In this document: in pieces, positions 48,794-62,700 of the stretch
How positions within the stretch are numbered: position 1 is the stretch's first letter
How the letters are laid out: every line of letters begins with the position of its first letter
Origin: Mobula hypostoma
Taxonomy: Eukaryota
Length of the DNA stretch: 64,000 nt
NCBI RefSeq assembly: GCF_963921235.1
Contig: NC_086109.1
Location: forward strand, 32,118,001 to 32,182,000
Direction: 5' to 3'
Position numbers and translations under genes: made by a program
The notes under the pieces: generated by a model
Database searches by the model: none
Seen by the model: only the letters and a program-made list of their open reading frames with translations
Told to the model about the DNA's origin: nothing

Positions 48794-50077
48794 TGTCATG
48801 TTCTGGTCCGTGAGGTCCGCATTCCAGTTCATGGTCCGGTCCGTCTACTCCGTATTCCGGGTTTTCCTGTTTTCCCCGGTTCCGTTGGGCACCTTGATTG
48901 AGGCGCCTGATTCTCATTTCGGGCTGGCTACATAAATAGCTCCTGGATTCAGCTTCTTTTGCTGGATCGCCCCCATCCGAATCCCTGTCAGAAACCTCAT
49001 CATTCCTCGTCTCAGTCCCCGTAAGAACCTACACCCAGAGGTTCGGCTACAGAGCTCTTTCCAGGAAGTTCGGCATTAGAAACCCGCCAGAGTGAGACTG
49101 GAGCCTTGTCGCGCCAAGATAAGGAACATTCTATCATTGAGTTTGGAACTGTCTCTTTGTGTCCTCATGTTTAGTGTTTCGTGTCTAAGAAGAGCCCTGG
49201 TCCTATGTCCTGCAACCAAGGAGGGGTCCTGGCTCTGTGTTCCGTGTCTTATACGAGTCCTGGTCCTATGTCCTGTACCCAAGGAGGGGTCCCAGCTCTG
49301 TTCCGTGTACCAAGACCAAGTTCCAGGCTTCGTGTTCCAGCCCAGTCCAAGTCAAGACTTCATGTTCCAGTCCAGTCCGGGAGTACCTCGTCCAGTCCAG
49401 AAGTTTCCTCATCCAGTCCAGGAGTTTCCTCATCCTGCGCGGGAGTTTCCTCATCCTGCGCGGGAATTTCCTCGTCCTGTGCGGGAGTGACTCGTCTAGT
49501 CCAGTCCTAGCCAGGTCCAAGAGCCTCGTCCAGACCAAGCCTAGCCAGGTCCAAGAGCCTCATGCAGTCCAGTTCTAGCCAGGTCCAAGAACCTCATCCA
49601 GTCCAAGCCTAGCCAGGTCCAAGAGCCTCGTCCAGTCCAGTACTAGCCAGGTCCAAGAGCCTCGTCCAGTCCAGTCCTAGCGAGGTCCAAGAGCCTTGTC
49701 CAGTCCAGTCCTAGCCAGGTCAAAGAGCCTCGTCCAGTCCAGTCCTAGCCAGGTCCAAGAGCCTCGTCCAGTCCAAGCTTAGCCAAGACCTAGGTTCCAA
49801 GTCCGATTAAAGACCCAGGTTCTAAGTCCCCGTCCAGTCTCTGGCTTGTAGTCCTAGTCCAGGTTCCTAGTTCCAAGTTCCTCGTCCAGGTCCCACGTTT
49901 CTAGTCCAAGTCCTAGCCCAGGTCCTGTGTCCCTGTCTAGTCCAGGGTCTTCGTCCGTGTCCAGCTTTGTTTCTTCCCGACTTCCCTTGCTTTCTTGATA
50001 AACTCATAGTCCAGTTCCTAGTACTTCAGTGTCCGTGTCTTGCATTTGGGTCCGCTCCTATCGCCCCCCTTGTAACA
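48794..50077 (+). mobile_element. Solo LTR (Gypsy-like) expanded by internal tandem repeats
   Basis: TGTCATG...TGTAACA termini with GGAGG/GGGGG flanks. Internal repeats: a duplication of about 60 bp, 21-bp units (49380-49490) and 34-bp units (49490-49790). Confidence 0.75.
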
Positions 50078-52639
50078 GGGGGAGCTTCCGCTCAGGGATT
50101 AATACCAGTAGAGTAGTATCAGAAATCTAAAACAATTATGTTTGAGTGACTGAGTATCATCTGCTTTTACAACAATGGTTGTAACAATGCACAATCCTAA
50201 AGGGATTTTACATGTGACAATTCAATATGACAAGTTTTCCAAATAGCAGAAAGCTCTGGTGATTTGGCACTTCATCTATGTCTAAAAAATCGTTAACACC
50301 AAAAAAAGCTGCCTTTTATTTAATAGCTTTCGTACTGATGAGACCTCATATTGCTTTGCTGTCAGATAAGTCCTTTTTTTTGGGAGTATGCCACTATTGT
50401 ACTAAAATAAAACAATAAGAAAGCAGAGATCAGTGCAGAGAAATGCATAGTATACCCTTCTGCGTACAAATCTCTGCTGCTAAAATATAACTGGTTCTAG
50501 AAAAACTTATGCTTCGGTGATCTGATGATTATTGTTTGAATTTTGAGCTGTAGTAATTCTTTCTTCAGTTGATTTTGCTGTAATTTTTAACTTTTATATT
50601 ATTTTTTTCTCATACCCTATTCAACAAAACTAAGCATATCAGTTAAAGGCAGTGATTCCTTTTCATTGCGCAGCTGAATACTTACTTGCTGAGATGCAAT
50701 ACAGTACTTGGATCAGAATTATGTTTGTATCTGGGATTCTATAGGCAATGTATCATATCCATGTTTCAACTCAATTAAAGCAGGCATGTTCCAACTATAA
50801 TAGCTAATTGATACAAAACAACATTCAGTCTGTAAGAGGTGGTGATGTTCCAAGCTGACCATAATAAATATGCTGAAAACTGAAATGATGAATAATTTGA
50901 TAATATTGCATACTCAGTTGGAAATTGTGTATTCAAAGGCTGGATACATATTAGGAGACAGTTGGCATTGACTTATAGTGTTATGTGTGTGGATTCATTT
51001 ACAACTATTTTGAATTTTGAGGGACGGATGACAAAAATGTTGCCTGGCAGTGATTATAGCAATGCAGAGGAGAGAAAAGAAAACTGTAAATGTTGGTTAA
51101 ATGTGGAGCATTGCAATGCGACTGTAGCAGGGCTAACCAAATCTAGGTCAGATTTCAAATCAATGGTGTGACATAATATAACAAAGGCTTTTCTTCCAGT
51201 TTGCTATTGTGTAACAGCAACTATTTCATTCCCAGCTCAGGCAAGAAGCAATTGTGTTTTTTTTTCCTCAGTACATCCATAAAAAAGATTTTATACATAC
51301 CAGAATTCATCTCAAGCTGACTAACACTGATCAAGAGAGACTGTGAAGCCTGAATAGGAGTGAAAGAAAGAAAAAGTAGAAATTGTAGCAACCTTCATGA
51401 TCTCAGAGTAATATGAATGTTTCACAGACAATGACGTACAGTCACTGATGTAATGGTTTAGCCGGTATGGCCCAACCCCGGTTCTAACCAAGAAAACAGC
51501 ATAAAACGGGATTAGAGTTACAAACAGAAGTGGGAGATTATAGATGACTATTGCTGGCCACCATTCTTCTTTTATTTGGTACTTGAGAACATTTTCTCAA
51601 CCTTGTTGCCTTCCTGGCATTTGTGATTCTCTTCACACAGTTATTTCTTCTGACACTAGTTATTACTCAATGACATTTAATCTTAATCACACTTTGTCAC
51701 CTCTTTATCCAATACGTTTTGGATATTTAGATATGCATTCAGTCATTTCCCTAGGTTTTCATTGCACACCCTGGCAACAGTTTGAAGGTTTCTATGACTC
51801 TGGTGGCCAAGAAGCCTTTCAAATCTGATATCCATTCTATCATTAGCTTCCATCTCCTTATCAACAGCAGTTTCCATTCTGTCCATTTGTTTCACATAGT
51901 TCATATAGACTTCGTTATTCTAATGTTCTGCTGGCCTCATTCTTATCTGTAATCTCTGCAATGCTACGTTTATCCAAAGCACTGTTGTACACATCCTAAT
52001 ATGCATTGACTCCTTTACATTATGTACATTAATGCAAGTTGATTTCTTGTCCAGTTACATCTCCATTTAAAATTTGTCATCCCATTTTCTTCCACGGTAA
52101 ACACATCCTTGTCTCTGTAACTACCTCCTGCCCTATAACCCTCCAAGGACAGTGATTACCTCAAATTCTGACCTGTTACTCATCCCCATTATATATATTT
52201 TGTTTTGTTATTGGTGGCTCTGCATCCACCATTTTGCTTTCTGTATTATTATGTTCTCAGTATTATTTATTTTATTATTATTATTATTATTTGTTCAGCT
52301 GTCTTTGTACATAGGTTATTTGTCAGTCTTGGTGTGTAGCTTCTCATTGATTCTATTGTATTTCTTTGTTTTACTGTGAACCTCTGCAAGAAAATGAATC
52401 TCAGGGTAGTGGATGGTGACATAGAGGCATTTTAATAATACATTTACATTGAACTTCTTGTGAAGATATTCGCAGAATAGTGAGCTCCAGAATTTAGACC
52501 CAGTGAACATAAAGGAACAGCAATATCTTTCAATGATACAAAGATGTCTGGCACCTTATTCCTTTTAAAGCAATTACATTCATCAGTTGCTCAATAGCGA
52601 ATCTCGGTTAAAGTCAACATATGACTTTAGATTGAGTAA

Positions 52640-54640
52640 AATTGTAATTACCACACTATATAAGCCAAAGACATCTATATTAGCTTTACATAAAAGCAAT
52701 CCAACCCATTCTCCCTATAAATAGCCTCTACAATTGAACCTGCCTCCAACACTACGCCTACCAAGACATTGAAGATCCTACATGTCGCTTTTTATTTATT
52801 TGTTAGTGCCAAATTCTTGAACTCACTACTAGTTGGATCAACTTCTCTTTCTCAAGTCCTTTCAGAATTTTAATCATGTCTGTAAAATTTCCTCATGATT
52901 CTCCAGTCCCAAGGAGGAGAACAAAATCTCCTCGGTGTACCTACACAATTATATAGTCATCGTCCTGTAAAAATCTTGGTGAATCTGTTCTGCTCCTCTT
53001 CCATTGCCTCCACGTCTCTCCTAAAGAAAGGGTCATGGGACTAGTTTGGATGGGCATCTTGGTAAACGTGGACCAGTTGTGCCAATGGGCATGTTTCTAG
53101 GATGAGTGACTCTATAACTTTTATAAAATAAGGTGCCTAGAACTCAACACAATACTCCATTGGTAATGTCAGGTACCCCGTGATGGGAATAAAGAACCAG
53201 CAGAAATAGAAAACACTTTGGAGTCCAGTATTGCTATTAACTAATAATATTTATTAGCAACTACACAATACAGTAATATAAATGTAGATAAATCAAACAG
53301 GTTAGCAATGATTTTATATATATATATATAAGTAAGTATATCCGATTATATATATATAAGTAAGCCTTCAGGTGAGCTGGTGCCGTCAATCTTCTCATTG
53401 TCCTCCGAGATCCTTTAAAAGTCACTGACTGTGACTTCAACAAAGGGGACCAGTTTTCTGTGGTGGAGCTATCATCCAGGCAAGGGTGGACACATGGATG
53501 ACTCCCCACCGGTCACTGCTTTTTCTCTTCACTGCAAGAGCCACTGATCGATCTGCCTGATCGATCCCCCAAAACCCCACTTTTTCTGCAGGTACAACAA
53601 AGCTCATTCAGTGTCCCAAAACGAGTCTGAGGTCCATATCATCTGACCTCCTATTTTATCTTCCCATGCTGAGCACCAACTTTCATTCAAGTAACTCCTC
53701 CTTCCTCTCTCTGTGTAAGAAATGCACAAGCAGGCGAATGTCCTTGGGAAGTATCAACATGCTACCGAAAAATCATAACATCGATTGTCCATCAAATAAT
53801 ACCGCCTTCGGTCACCATAGCAACTTACGAGCTGCTCGGTGCCATCTCCAACTCAGCAGAAATCCAAATGTTAGCCAGTTCCTTCTCAAGCCTTAAAGTG
53901 ACAGTCCAACAGTTAGTCTTCATCTCTCTCTCCCTCTTTCAAAACAACATGTCGGTGTTAAATTACTCTCTCTCTCTCTTTTCCAAAAACACAGTTCATA
54001 GGGGTAATCGAGCACAGTTTATAGGGGTAATTCAGGACCCCGTCACAGTAACCAAACCAAAGTTGTGTAAAACTTCATCATAACCTCTTGATTTGTCCTT
54101 CTATTTATAAAGCTCAAGATCAAATATGCTTTTTTTTAAACACTTTCTCAGCCCATTTCAAGGAATAATCAAGATGGATCCTCCAATCTCTCTGTTGTTG
54201 AAACCTGTCAGATCCTTTTTGTATAATTTACTTTGCCTCTCCTTATTCTTCCTAAAAATGTCATTATTTCTCAATATTAGGGTACATCCAGGACATCCTA
54301 TCTACTCCATCCATCTACCTGTATCTCCACGAAAAACATTATTCATATCCTCACCATACACCACACTCTCGAGCTTTGTTATACTGGATAAACTGGACTG
54401 TAAATTATACACCCACAGCTAAATTGTTAGTGTGTTAAGTAAAGTCGTGATATTAGTAATCATCCCTGGGAGAGTTTACTGTACATTTGTTGCCAGCATA
54501 AAAAGCAACCTTCTACTACCACTCTGTTTCCTACTACTTAACCAACTTTCTGTCTGTGTGACTGAAGTCCCTTTCATTCCATGACAAGGGTATAATGATG
54601 AATCTTATCAAGTGCCTTTTGAAGACCATAAGCACCCAAT
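52640..54640 (-). mobile_element. Old CR1 relic containing nested insertions
   Basis: AAAATCTTGGTGAATCT.TTCTGC..CTCTTCCA and AACTCAACACAATACTCCA...CCTTTCATTCCATG...TTATCAAGTGCCTTTTGAAGACCA resemble antisense CR1 RT. Confidence 0.55.
53167..54047 (-). mobile_element. Solo LTR with 4-bp TSD
   Basis: TGTCAGG...CGTCACA termini, flanked by GTAA at 53163-53166 and 54048-54051. AATAAA on the minus strand near 53250. Confidence 0.75.
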
Positions 54641-54719
54641 CAACTTCATTTCCTTCTTATTTTTTCTTTATCAAGTTCAGTCAAGATAGCTAGATAAGAA
54701 TTGACATTTCTAATAAATC

Positions 54720-55250
54720 TAGAGACGAGAGCAGAGTGTTCGGCACTGTCTGCCTGCATTTGAGTGGGCTTCCTCTCCCTCTCGCTAGCTGCTGTTGGAG
54801 GAGGGTGCAGGAGCCCTTGGGTTCCACGTTGCAAGAATTGATCGGCGAGGCTGTGGACTCATTTTGGGGGACTTTGAGGGTCATGGTGCATGTGTTTCTG
54901 GACTCTGGTTCTGCTGTTTTTGAGTGGGTTGATCGATACAGACTGAGGTGCTTCGCTGAAGAGTGGGTCTGTGGGCAGCCTGCAGTGGGCTAGCAGCGTG
55001 GTGCTGAACTGAACTACTACTGGACTCCTCATTTGAAGTTGACATTCCATGTGTTGGTCACTCGCTTCTGGCTGTTTGTGCATTCTTTTCTTTTTTTGCA
55101 CGTTGGGTGTTTGATGTTTTCTTGAAAAGGTTTCATGGTGTTTCCTTGTTTCATGGCTGCCTGTGGGAGGCCGAATCACAGAGATGCACCTCATATACAT
55201 ACTTTGATAATCAATGTGCTTTGAACTTTGGACCTGAATTTTGAACTTTG
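54720..55250 (+). mobile_element. Non-autonomous retroelement with Rex1-type tail
   Basis: Ends TATACATACTTTGATAATCAATGTGCTTTGAACTTTG...TTTTGAACTTTG, like the Rex1 tails elsewhere in the window. Confidence 0.55.
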
Positions 55251-55514
55251 TATTCAAGCAACTGCTAATTCTCCCCAGATTATTCTTCCCAAAAACCTTC
55301 CCAGCAAGGATAAATTGATTAGTCTGTAGTTGCTAAATTTGTACCAACATCCTTTGTTGAACAACAGCAAAACATTTTCAGTTTTTCAGTCTTCAGGCAT
55401 CACCTCTGAATCTACAGAAATCTGGAAGATTATAGTCCGGGCCTGTACAATTTCCCTCGATAAATAAGGACACCTCTCATCTGAACTGGGATACTTATCC
55501 ACGTAAAGCATAAG

Positions 55515-56795
55515 AACTCCTGCCTGGGAAGTGCACTGGATTCACTCCAATTTGCCTACCATCATAAAAGGTCAACAGCAGATGCCATTTCATTGGTTCT
55601 TCACTCAGCCCTGAAACACTTGGGCATTGAAGATGCATACATCGCGATGCTCTTCATTGACTCTGCTCGGCATGCAACACTCTCCTCCCCTTGAAACTCA
55701 TCACTTATCTCCATGACCTGGGCTTCACTACCTCCCTGTGAAACTGAATCCTCAATTTCCTCACTTGCAGACCCCAGTTAGTACAGGTTGGCACCAACAT
55801 CTCCTCAACACTCACCATGAGCACAGGTGCACTTCATGGCTATGTGCCTAGTCCCTATCCGATGTTGTATTTAAGTTTTCTGACAAAACCACTGTTGTCT
55901 GCTGAATCAATGGTGGTGACGAAGTGCACATGGGGGAAGATTGAAAATCTGGTTGAGTGGTACCACCACAACAACAACTTCTCACTGAACATCAGCAAAA
56001 TCAAAGAGATGGTTATCGACAATAGGAGGAAGGAGCCAGAGGTCCTTAAGTCAGTCCTCATCAGGGGATTGGAGGTGGAGAGGGTCAGTAGTTCCTTAGC
56101 ATTATCCTATCAGAGGGTCTGTCCTGTGACTAGCACGGAACTTCAATCACAAAGAAAGCACAATTGAGCGCCTACTTTCTTAGAAGTTTGTGTAGAATCA
56201 GCATGTCACCAAAATCTTTGACAAACTTCTATAAATGCACAGTGAAGGGTATCCTAATTGGTAGCATCATGGCCTGGTATGGAAACATCAATGCTCAGGG
56301 ACAAAAATATCTTCAGAAAGCAATGGATACAGCGCAGTCCATCACAGGCAAAGCCCTCCCAACCATTGAATACATTTACATGGAGCACTGCCACAAGAAA
56401 GTAGTATCCATCATCAAGGAGCCCTGCCATCCAGGCCATGCTCTGTTCTCACTACGGCCATCAGGCAGGAGGTACAGGAGATACCACAGCACCCGTTTCG
56501 GGAACAGTTATTACCCCACAGCCATCAGGCTCCTGAACGGATATGGATAACTTTACTCATCACAACTCAACCTATAGATTCTCTTTCAATTACTTTTTAC
56601 AACATATGTTTTGTTTTGTTTTATTTGCACTATTTGTCTTCTTTTGCACTTCGGTTTTTATCATTTTAGTATAAAATTTCATAAATTCTATTGTATTTCC
56701 TTTTTTTCCTGTAAATGCCTGACTGAAAATGATTCTCCACACAGTATATGGTAACATGTACATATTGTGATAATAAATTTTATTTTGACTTTGAT
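55515..56795 (+). mobile_element. Rex1/Babar LINE fragment
   Basis: Degenerate RT (AYIAMLFID...), YFLRSL...TNFYKCTVKGILIGSIMAWYG...HPGHALFSLRPSGRRYR, and a 3' tail. Confidence 0.88.
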
Positions 56796-57589
56796 GTTGA
56801 CGTTTAAGTGCGGTTAGCCTCTCCAGTACCTCCTCTTTATCAATTTCATTTTCTCCTTCCTTCGCTGAGATTTCAACAGTATTTTCCTCCATGTTAAGAA
56901 TGATGTAAAGTGCTTATTTAGTATCATTGCCATGTCCTCTACCTTCTTGACTGAATTTCCTTTCTGTTCACTGACTGATTTTATCTCTTCTCTTACAACC
57001 CTGTTATGTTTTCTGCCAATCTTTCCTCATACTTACTGCTCATTTCTTTTTATCAATTCCCCTTTCAACTTTCTGTAATCAGCCTGATACTCACTTATGT
57101 TAACAACCTGTCAGCTGCTCTGTTTTGTTCTCAATCACGGTTTTGCCCGTTAGGTTTAGATTCTATACTCACCCCACTAAAGTCAGCCCTTCTCCAATTG
57201 ACTGTTCTTACTCTGAAGAAATTTATACCCTTTCCCACCTGAAGCCCTTCCTCCTCATGCATCTGAGACTCTGAAGCACTGTCCCCTAACCCAACTGTAC
57301 AGCCACACTTGTGATGTCCTCACATTTCTACGTTCATTGAAAGTAATCCAAACATTGAGAGCTTGCTTTTCCCTTTCCTGATTCTTTGAAATCTGCCATG
57401 ACATTGACACCAGCTTGACTTCCAGCTTTTCACCATCCCTATCCAGAATTTTCTGCAGGCACTTGGTGATATCCTTAGTGCATACACCATAGAGGTAGGG
57501 TTCCATTCTAAAAGTATCTGCCTCCATTGAAATGCCTGTTTGCCCCTTAACTATTGACCCTTCTGATCGTTCTACTCCCGTCCTTTGTT

Positions 57590-60290
57590 GTTATGAAATT
57601 TACTGTTTTGCAGCAGCAGTGCAGTGCAATACACAATTAAAAAGCTATAAACTACCATAAGAAATATATATATAAAAAAAAATTAGGTAAATAGTGCAAA
57701 AAGCGAGCAAAAAAAGTATTGAGGTAGTGCTCATGGGTTCATTGTCCATTCGGAAATCTGATGGTGGTGGGGAAGAATTTGTTCCTGAAACAATGAGCAA
57801 GAGTCTCCAGGCTCCAGTACCTTGTCTGCAGTGGTATCAATGAGAGGTGGGTGTGTTCTGGCTGATGGGAGCTTTTAATGATGGATGCCACCTAATTGAG
57901 GCATCATCTTTTAAAGGGGTTCTTGACGCTGAGGAGGCCAATGCCCATGATGGATATGGTTGAGTTTACAATTTTATGCAGCTTTTTCTGATCCTTTGCA
58001 GTGTCCCCTCCATACCAGGTAGTGATGCAACCAGTTGGAATGCTCTCCACGGTACACCAGTAGAGATTTGTGAGAATCATTGGTAACATACCAAGTCCCC
58101 TCAAACTCCTAATGAAATATAGATGCTGCTGTGTCTTCTTTGCAATTGCATCAATATGTTGTGCCGAGGATAAATCCTAAGAGGTATTGACACCCAGAGA
58201 TTTGAAATTACTCACACTATTCACTGCTGATCCCTCCATGAGGATTGGCGTGTGTTCCCTTCACTTCCCCTTCCTGAAGTCCACAATCAATTCCTTGGTC
58301 TTACTGATATTGAATGCAGCTTGTTGTTACAACGAGTTGACCCAACCAGCTGACCTATCTCATCCATGTGTGCCTCCTTGTCACCATCTGAAATTCTGCC
58401 CACAATAGTTGTATCACAGGCAAATCTACAGATAATGCTTCTGAATGCCTAGCCGCACGGCAGTGAGAGTAGAGCAGCAGACTAAGCACACAACCTTGAG
58501 GTGCGCCAGTGTTGATTGTCAGTGAGAAGCACGAGTTATTTACAATCCATACTGACTACAGTCTCCCATTGAGGAAGCCAAGGGTCCAGATGCAGACAGA
58601 GGTACAGAGACCCAATTTTGGAGCTTATTGATTAGAACTGAGGGTATGATTGTATTGAACACTGAACTGTAATCAATAAACAGCGGGCTGACATGGGTAT
58701 TACTATTTTCCAGGTGATCCATGGCTGAGTGGAGAGCCAATAATGTTGCATCTCTGTAGATATATTGTGATGGTGGGCAAGTTGCAGTGGGTCCAGGACC
58801 TTGGTTTGGTAGAAGTTAATTCGAGCCATGACATCACAACTGGGTGATAGTCTTTGAGGCAGCTTCTCCCTGTGCTTCTTGGTCACTGGTATGCTTGTCA
58901 CACTTCTGAAGCAGGTGGGAGTCTCCAACGGCAGCAGTGAGAGATTGAACGGGTACTTGAAAACTCCCAATAGTTGGTTGGCACAGGTTTTCATTGGCCT
59001 ATTAGGTACACCATCGGGGCCTGATGCCTTGGCTGGGTTCACCCTCTCGAAGGATGCTCTGATATCGGCCTCCGAAACAGAGATCACAGGGTCACCAGAT
59101 GCTGCAGGGATTTGCACAAGTGTCGTTTTATTCTCCCGTTCAACACAAGCATAAGAGACATTGAGCTCATAAGGGGATAAAGCATCACAGCTATTCATGA
59201 TGTTGGGTTTCACCTTGTTGGAAGTACTGGCCTGCTAATCCTGCCAGAGCTAATGCACATCTGATTCCTTCTCTAACTTCAATTGGAATCGCTTTAATTC
59301 TCTTAAAATAGCCTTCCGTAAGAAGTACCTGCACTTCTTGTATATTTCTAGATCATCGGACTTGAATGCCACAGATCTTGCCCTCAGCAGACTAAGCATC
59401 TCCCAGTTTTAGCTTTGGATACGTCCAGTATGTTCTCGAAAGCACACACTCATCCACGCAGGTCTTGGTGAAGTCAATAACAATTGTGGCATATTCATTC
59501 AGATTCAAAGATGAGTCCCTGAATATTGTCCAGTCAACTGACTCAAAGCAATCCTGTAAGGGCTCCTCTGCCTCCCTTGACCATTCCTTCTTGGTCCTCA
59601 CCATTGGTGCTGCAGTCCTTAGTCTCTGCCTAAACCCGAGGAGTAGAAGTACAGTCAGATGACTGGATGTCCCAAAATGTGGATCTGGCATGGCATGGAA
59701 AGGGTTCTTGATAGTGGTATAAAAGTGCTTCCTCTGCTTGCACATGTGATGTGTTGGTGCTAGTTGTCCAAAGACTTCTTCAAGCTAACCTGGTTGAGAA
59801 CCCCCACCATGATACGCAAGGCATCAGGGCACACTTTTCGTGACTGTTGATCATGGTGCTCAGCTCCTCCAGTGCCCGACTGACGTTGGCCTGAGGTGGA
59901 ATGTACCGGGAAGATGGCAGAAAACTCCTTCTGCAGATAAAATGGATGCCATTGGACCACTAGGTGTCCCTGGCCAGATGAGCAGGGTTGAGACAAAACC
60001 ACCACATCTGTGCATCATGATGAGTTAAACTGCACCTCCTATACCTTTAAAAGACAGAGCTATCCTGTTTTTGCAGAGAATGATGAAGCCATCAGGCTGC
60101 AGTGCTCTAACTGAAATGGTGGGCATGAGCCATGATTCCATCAAGCAAGATACACAGCAGTTCCTGATGTCCCTCTGTGTTGCAATCTTGCACTGAGGTC
60201 TTCATCAGTAGGATGGTCGGGTGCGGGGGTCCAAGACCTATACTTTTTAATTGTACCTGCAGACTGGCTCATCTTTTGTGCTTCCATTTT
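57590..60290 (-). mobile_element. Rex1/Babar LINE, long decayed copy (endonuclease to 3' UTR)
   Basis: PHFGTSSHLTV (endonuclease end), LQDCFESVDW, KASGPDGVP, FIDYSSVFNTIIP, TVESIPTGCITTWYG. Confidence 0.9.
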
Positions 60291-60519
60291 CTTAAAGGGG
60301 GAACTGTACTCGGGATCCAAGTCTACAGTCTGGGATCAGCCAATATCGCCAGATTTGAGTATTGATTGATTTTTTTAAGTGGCTTAAAACAACGTTGCTT
60401 ACTAAAGTACTTATCATGGCTGTGACTGTGGACTTCACCAGTAGTAGTCCTAAATGGGAATATTTGATTATTCCTATCAGACCTGCATACAAAGAGTCGC
60501 CACTTATCGACACCACCTT

Positions 60520-60640
60520 GTGACACTTTTGGCCGAGACCCTTCATCGGGATTATCAGGATCATGGGTCCTGATGAAGAATCACAGTCTGAAATGTCAAC
60601 TGCTCGTTTCTCTCCATCGACACTGCTTGAACTGCTGAGA
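60520..60640. mobile_element. Back-to-back Penelope hammerhead fragments
   Basis: Minus copy CCGATGAAGGGTCTCGGCCAAAAG; plus copy GGTC-CTGATGA-AGAATCACAGTCT-GAAA-TGTC-AACT (60566-60601). Confidence 0.7.
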
Positions 60641-60644
60641 TAAC

Positions 60645-61330
60645 ATAAAAACACAAGAACCCATGAGCAGGGATAGGCCATCTGGTCAGTTGCCACCAGC
60701 CATTCAGTAAGATCATGGTTTATCTCTCTGAGGACTCAGCTTCACCTGCCTGCCTTTTCCCCTTAATCCTTAATTCCCCTACTATGTAAACATCTATCTA
60801 GCGGTATTTTAATTATATTTAATAAGGTAGTTTCTACTGCTTCCTTGGGCAGAGCATTTCACAGATTCACAACTCTCTAGATAAAGCAGTTTATCCTCAT
60901 CTCTGTTCTAAATCTATTCCCCTGGATCTGAAGGCTATGTCCCCTAGATCTAGTCTCATTTACCAGTAGAAACAATGTTCTTGCCCCTATCTTATTTTCC
61001 TCTTTCATAATTTTATATGGATCTGTAAGATCCCCTCTCATTCTTCTGAATTTCAAGTTCCAGGCAACTCAACCTCTTCTCATAGTCTAAACCCTTTATC
61101 TCCAGAATCATCCTGCTGGACATCCTTTCCACCACTCCGAAGCCGGCATATCCTCCCTCAAGTAAGCAGAACAGACCTGAACGCATTACCCCAGCTGCAG
61201 CCTAACCAGTACATTCTATTTTTGCATCGTAACCTCCTCGCTCTTAAAAACAGTCCCTCTTGCAGATGAAGGCAAACATTTCTTTCGTCTTCACGATAAC
61301 CTGTTGCATGTGCCAACCAACCTTTTGCGA
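60645..61330 (-). mobile_element. CR1 3' fragment
   Basis: Antisense CR1 3' UTR and RT C-terminus, similar to 8108-8800. Confidence 0.75.
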
Positions 61331-61841
61331 TTCGTACCTCCGATATTTTGTGTGTTGCTTGAGATTTCCAGCATCTGCAGAATCTCTTCTGTCTCCAAAG
61401 CTGTGCTCTTCCACTTGATGAGAATTCCTGCAGTTGCATCCTGAGTAGATGCACTGTATTGTTCACATGTGGATCAGGATGTCCATTCCAGGACTCTGTA
61501 ATATCCCATCATACCTCTATTGACTAGATGCAAATACCTATAATACTATTGATATCCAAGTATTTACTCTTTAACGTGGCTTTAAATAACTTTTTTAATT
61601 CCCCAGCTCTTTGTTTTAACCAAGTGCTCTTTCAGTCCTTTGTTCCATAACTCCTTTTTAATCAGCACTTTTTCCCCTTGTTCCAGTTTTGGAATGGATC
61701 TTGCAAACAGTGGCATTCACATACATTTGCTGTCTTTAAACGTGGAGACAAAAGAACTGGTTTGTGCTGTGAAGTACCTTGGATAGGTAAATGCACTGCA
61801 TTTTGTAGATGGTGCAGATGGTGAAGGGAATTAGCTTTTAA

Positions 61842-62252
61842 CCCTTACATACTGTTCATATTCTATACCTTCACAGTATGATCCAGGTCAATCTTGACCC
61901 GGCCCAAGAATCCCCTCATAACAAGTGTCTATACCAAATTTTGAACCACAGATCTTTTTAAAATGTATAAATAGCCTATCTGACATTAATAAATGGGTGA
62001 TTAATCCTTAATTAATTTTTCAGAGATCGAAAATCCATTTCAATAGATACGGGTCAAATTTGACCCTGCACAGCCTCTATGTACAAAAATTTGTAGCACC
62101 TGTACAAAAGTATAAATTTTTATAATATTTTCATTTTTGCACATTTTGGGTCACCTTAGGAAAAGTCATCAAATTTTGGCTAAAAAAGGCATTTAGGGTG
62201 TTTTTACTACTGTCAAATGTCAAAACGGGTCAAATTTGACCCGTACAGAAAT
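61842..62252. mobile_element. piggyBac-like MITE, right end truncated
   Basis: TTAA (61838-61841) followed by a CCCTTACATACTG terminus. Three palindromic GGGTCAAATTTGACCC-type motifs (61886, 62051, 62227). Confidence 0.65.
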
Positions 62253-62700
62253 GTTCTTCTGCACACCACTATTGTAACATGAGGTTATCTGAGTTATTGT
62301 CACTTTCCTGTCAGCTTGAACCAGTCTGTCCATTTTTCTCCAACCTCTCTCATTAACAAGGCATTTTTGCCCACAGAACTGCCACTCAATGGATGTTTTT
62401 GTTTTCTGCACCATTTTCTGTAAACTCCAGAGACTGTTGTGTGTGAAGATAGCAGGATATCAGCAGTTTGAGATACTCAAACCACCCCATCTGGCACCAA
62501 CAATCATCCCACAGTCAAAGTCACTTAAATCACATTTCTTCCCCATTCTGGTGTTTGGTTTAAACAATAACTGAACCTTTTCACCACGTCTGCATGCTTT
62601 TTTGCAGTGAGTTGCTGCCACGTGATTGGCTGATTAGATACTTATATTAACGAACAGGTATACGGGGGGGGGGTGTCTAATAAAGTGACCCCTAAGCGTA
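62253..62700 (-). mobile_element. Tc1-like fragment, same family as 46813-47262
   Basis: Collinear similarity to 46935-47260; TIR CTAATAAAGTGACCCCTAAGCG followed by TA at the right end. Confidence 0.85.

Noticed and set aside
49092..49578. Overlapping repeat-rich ORFs (REFPHPA etc.)
   Set aside because: They are products of tandem repeats inside an LTR and are open in several frames on both strands.
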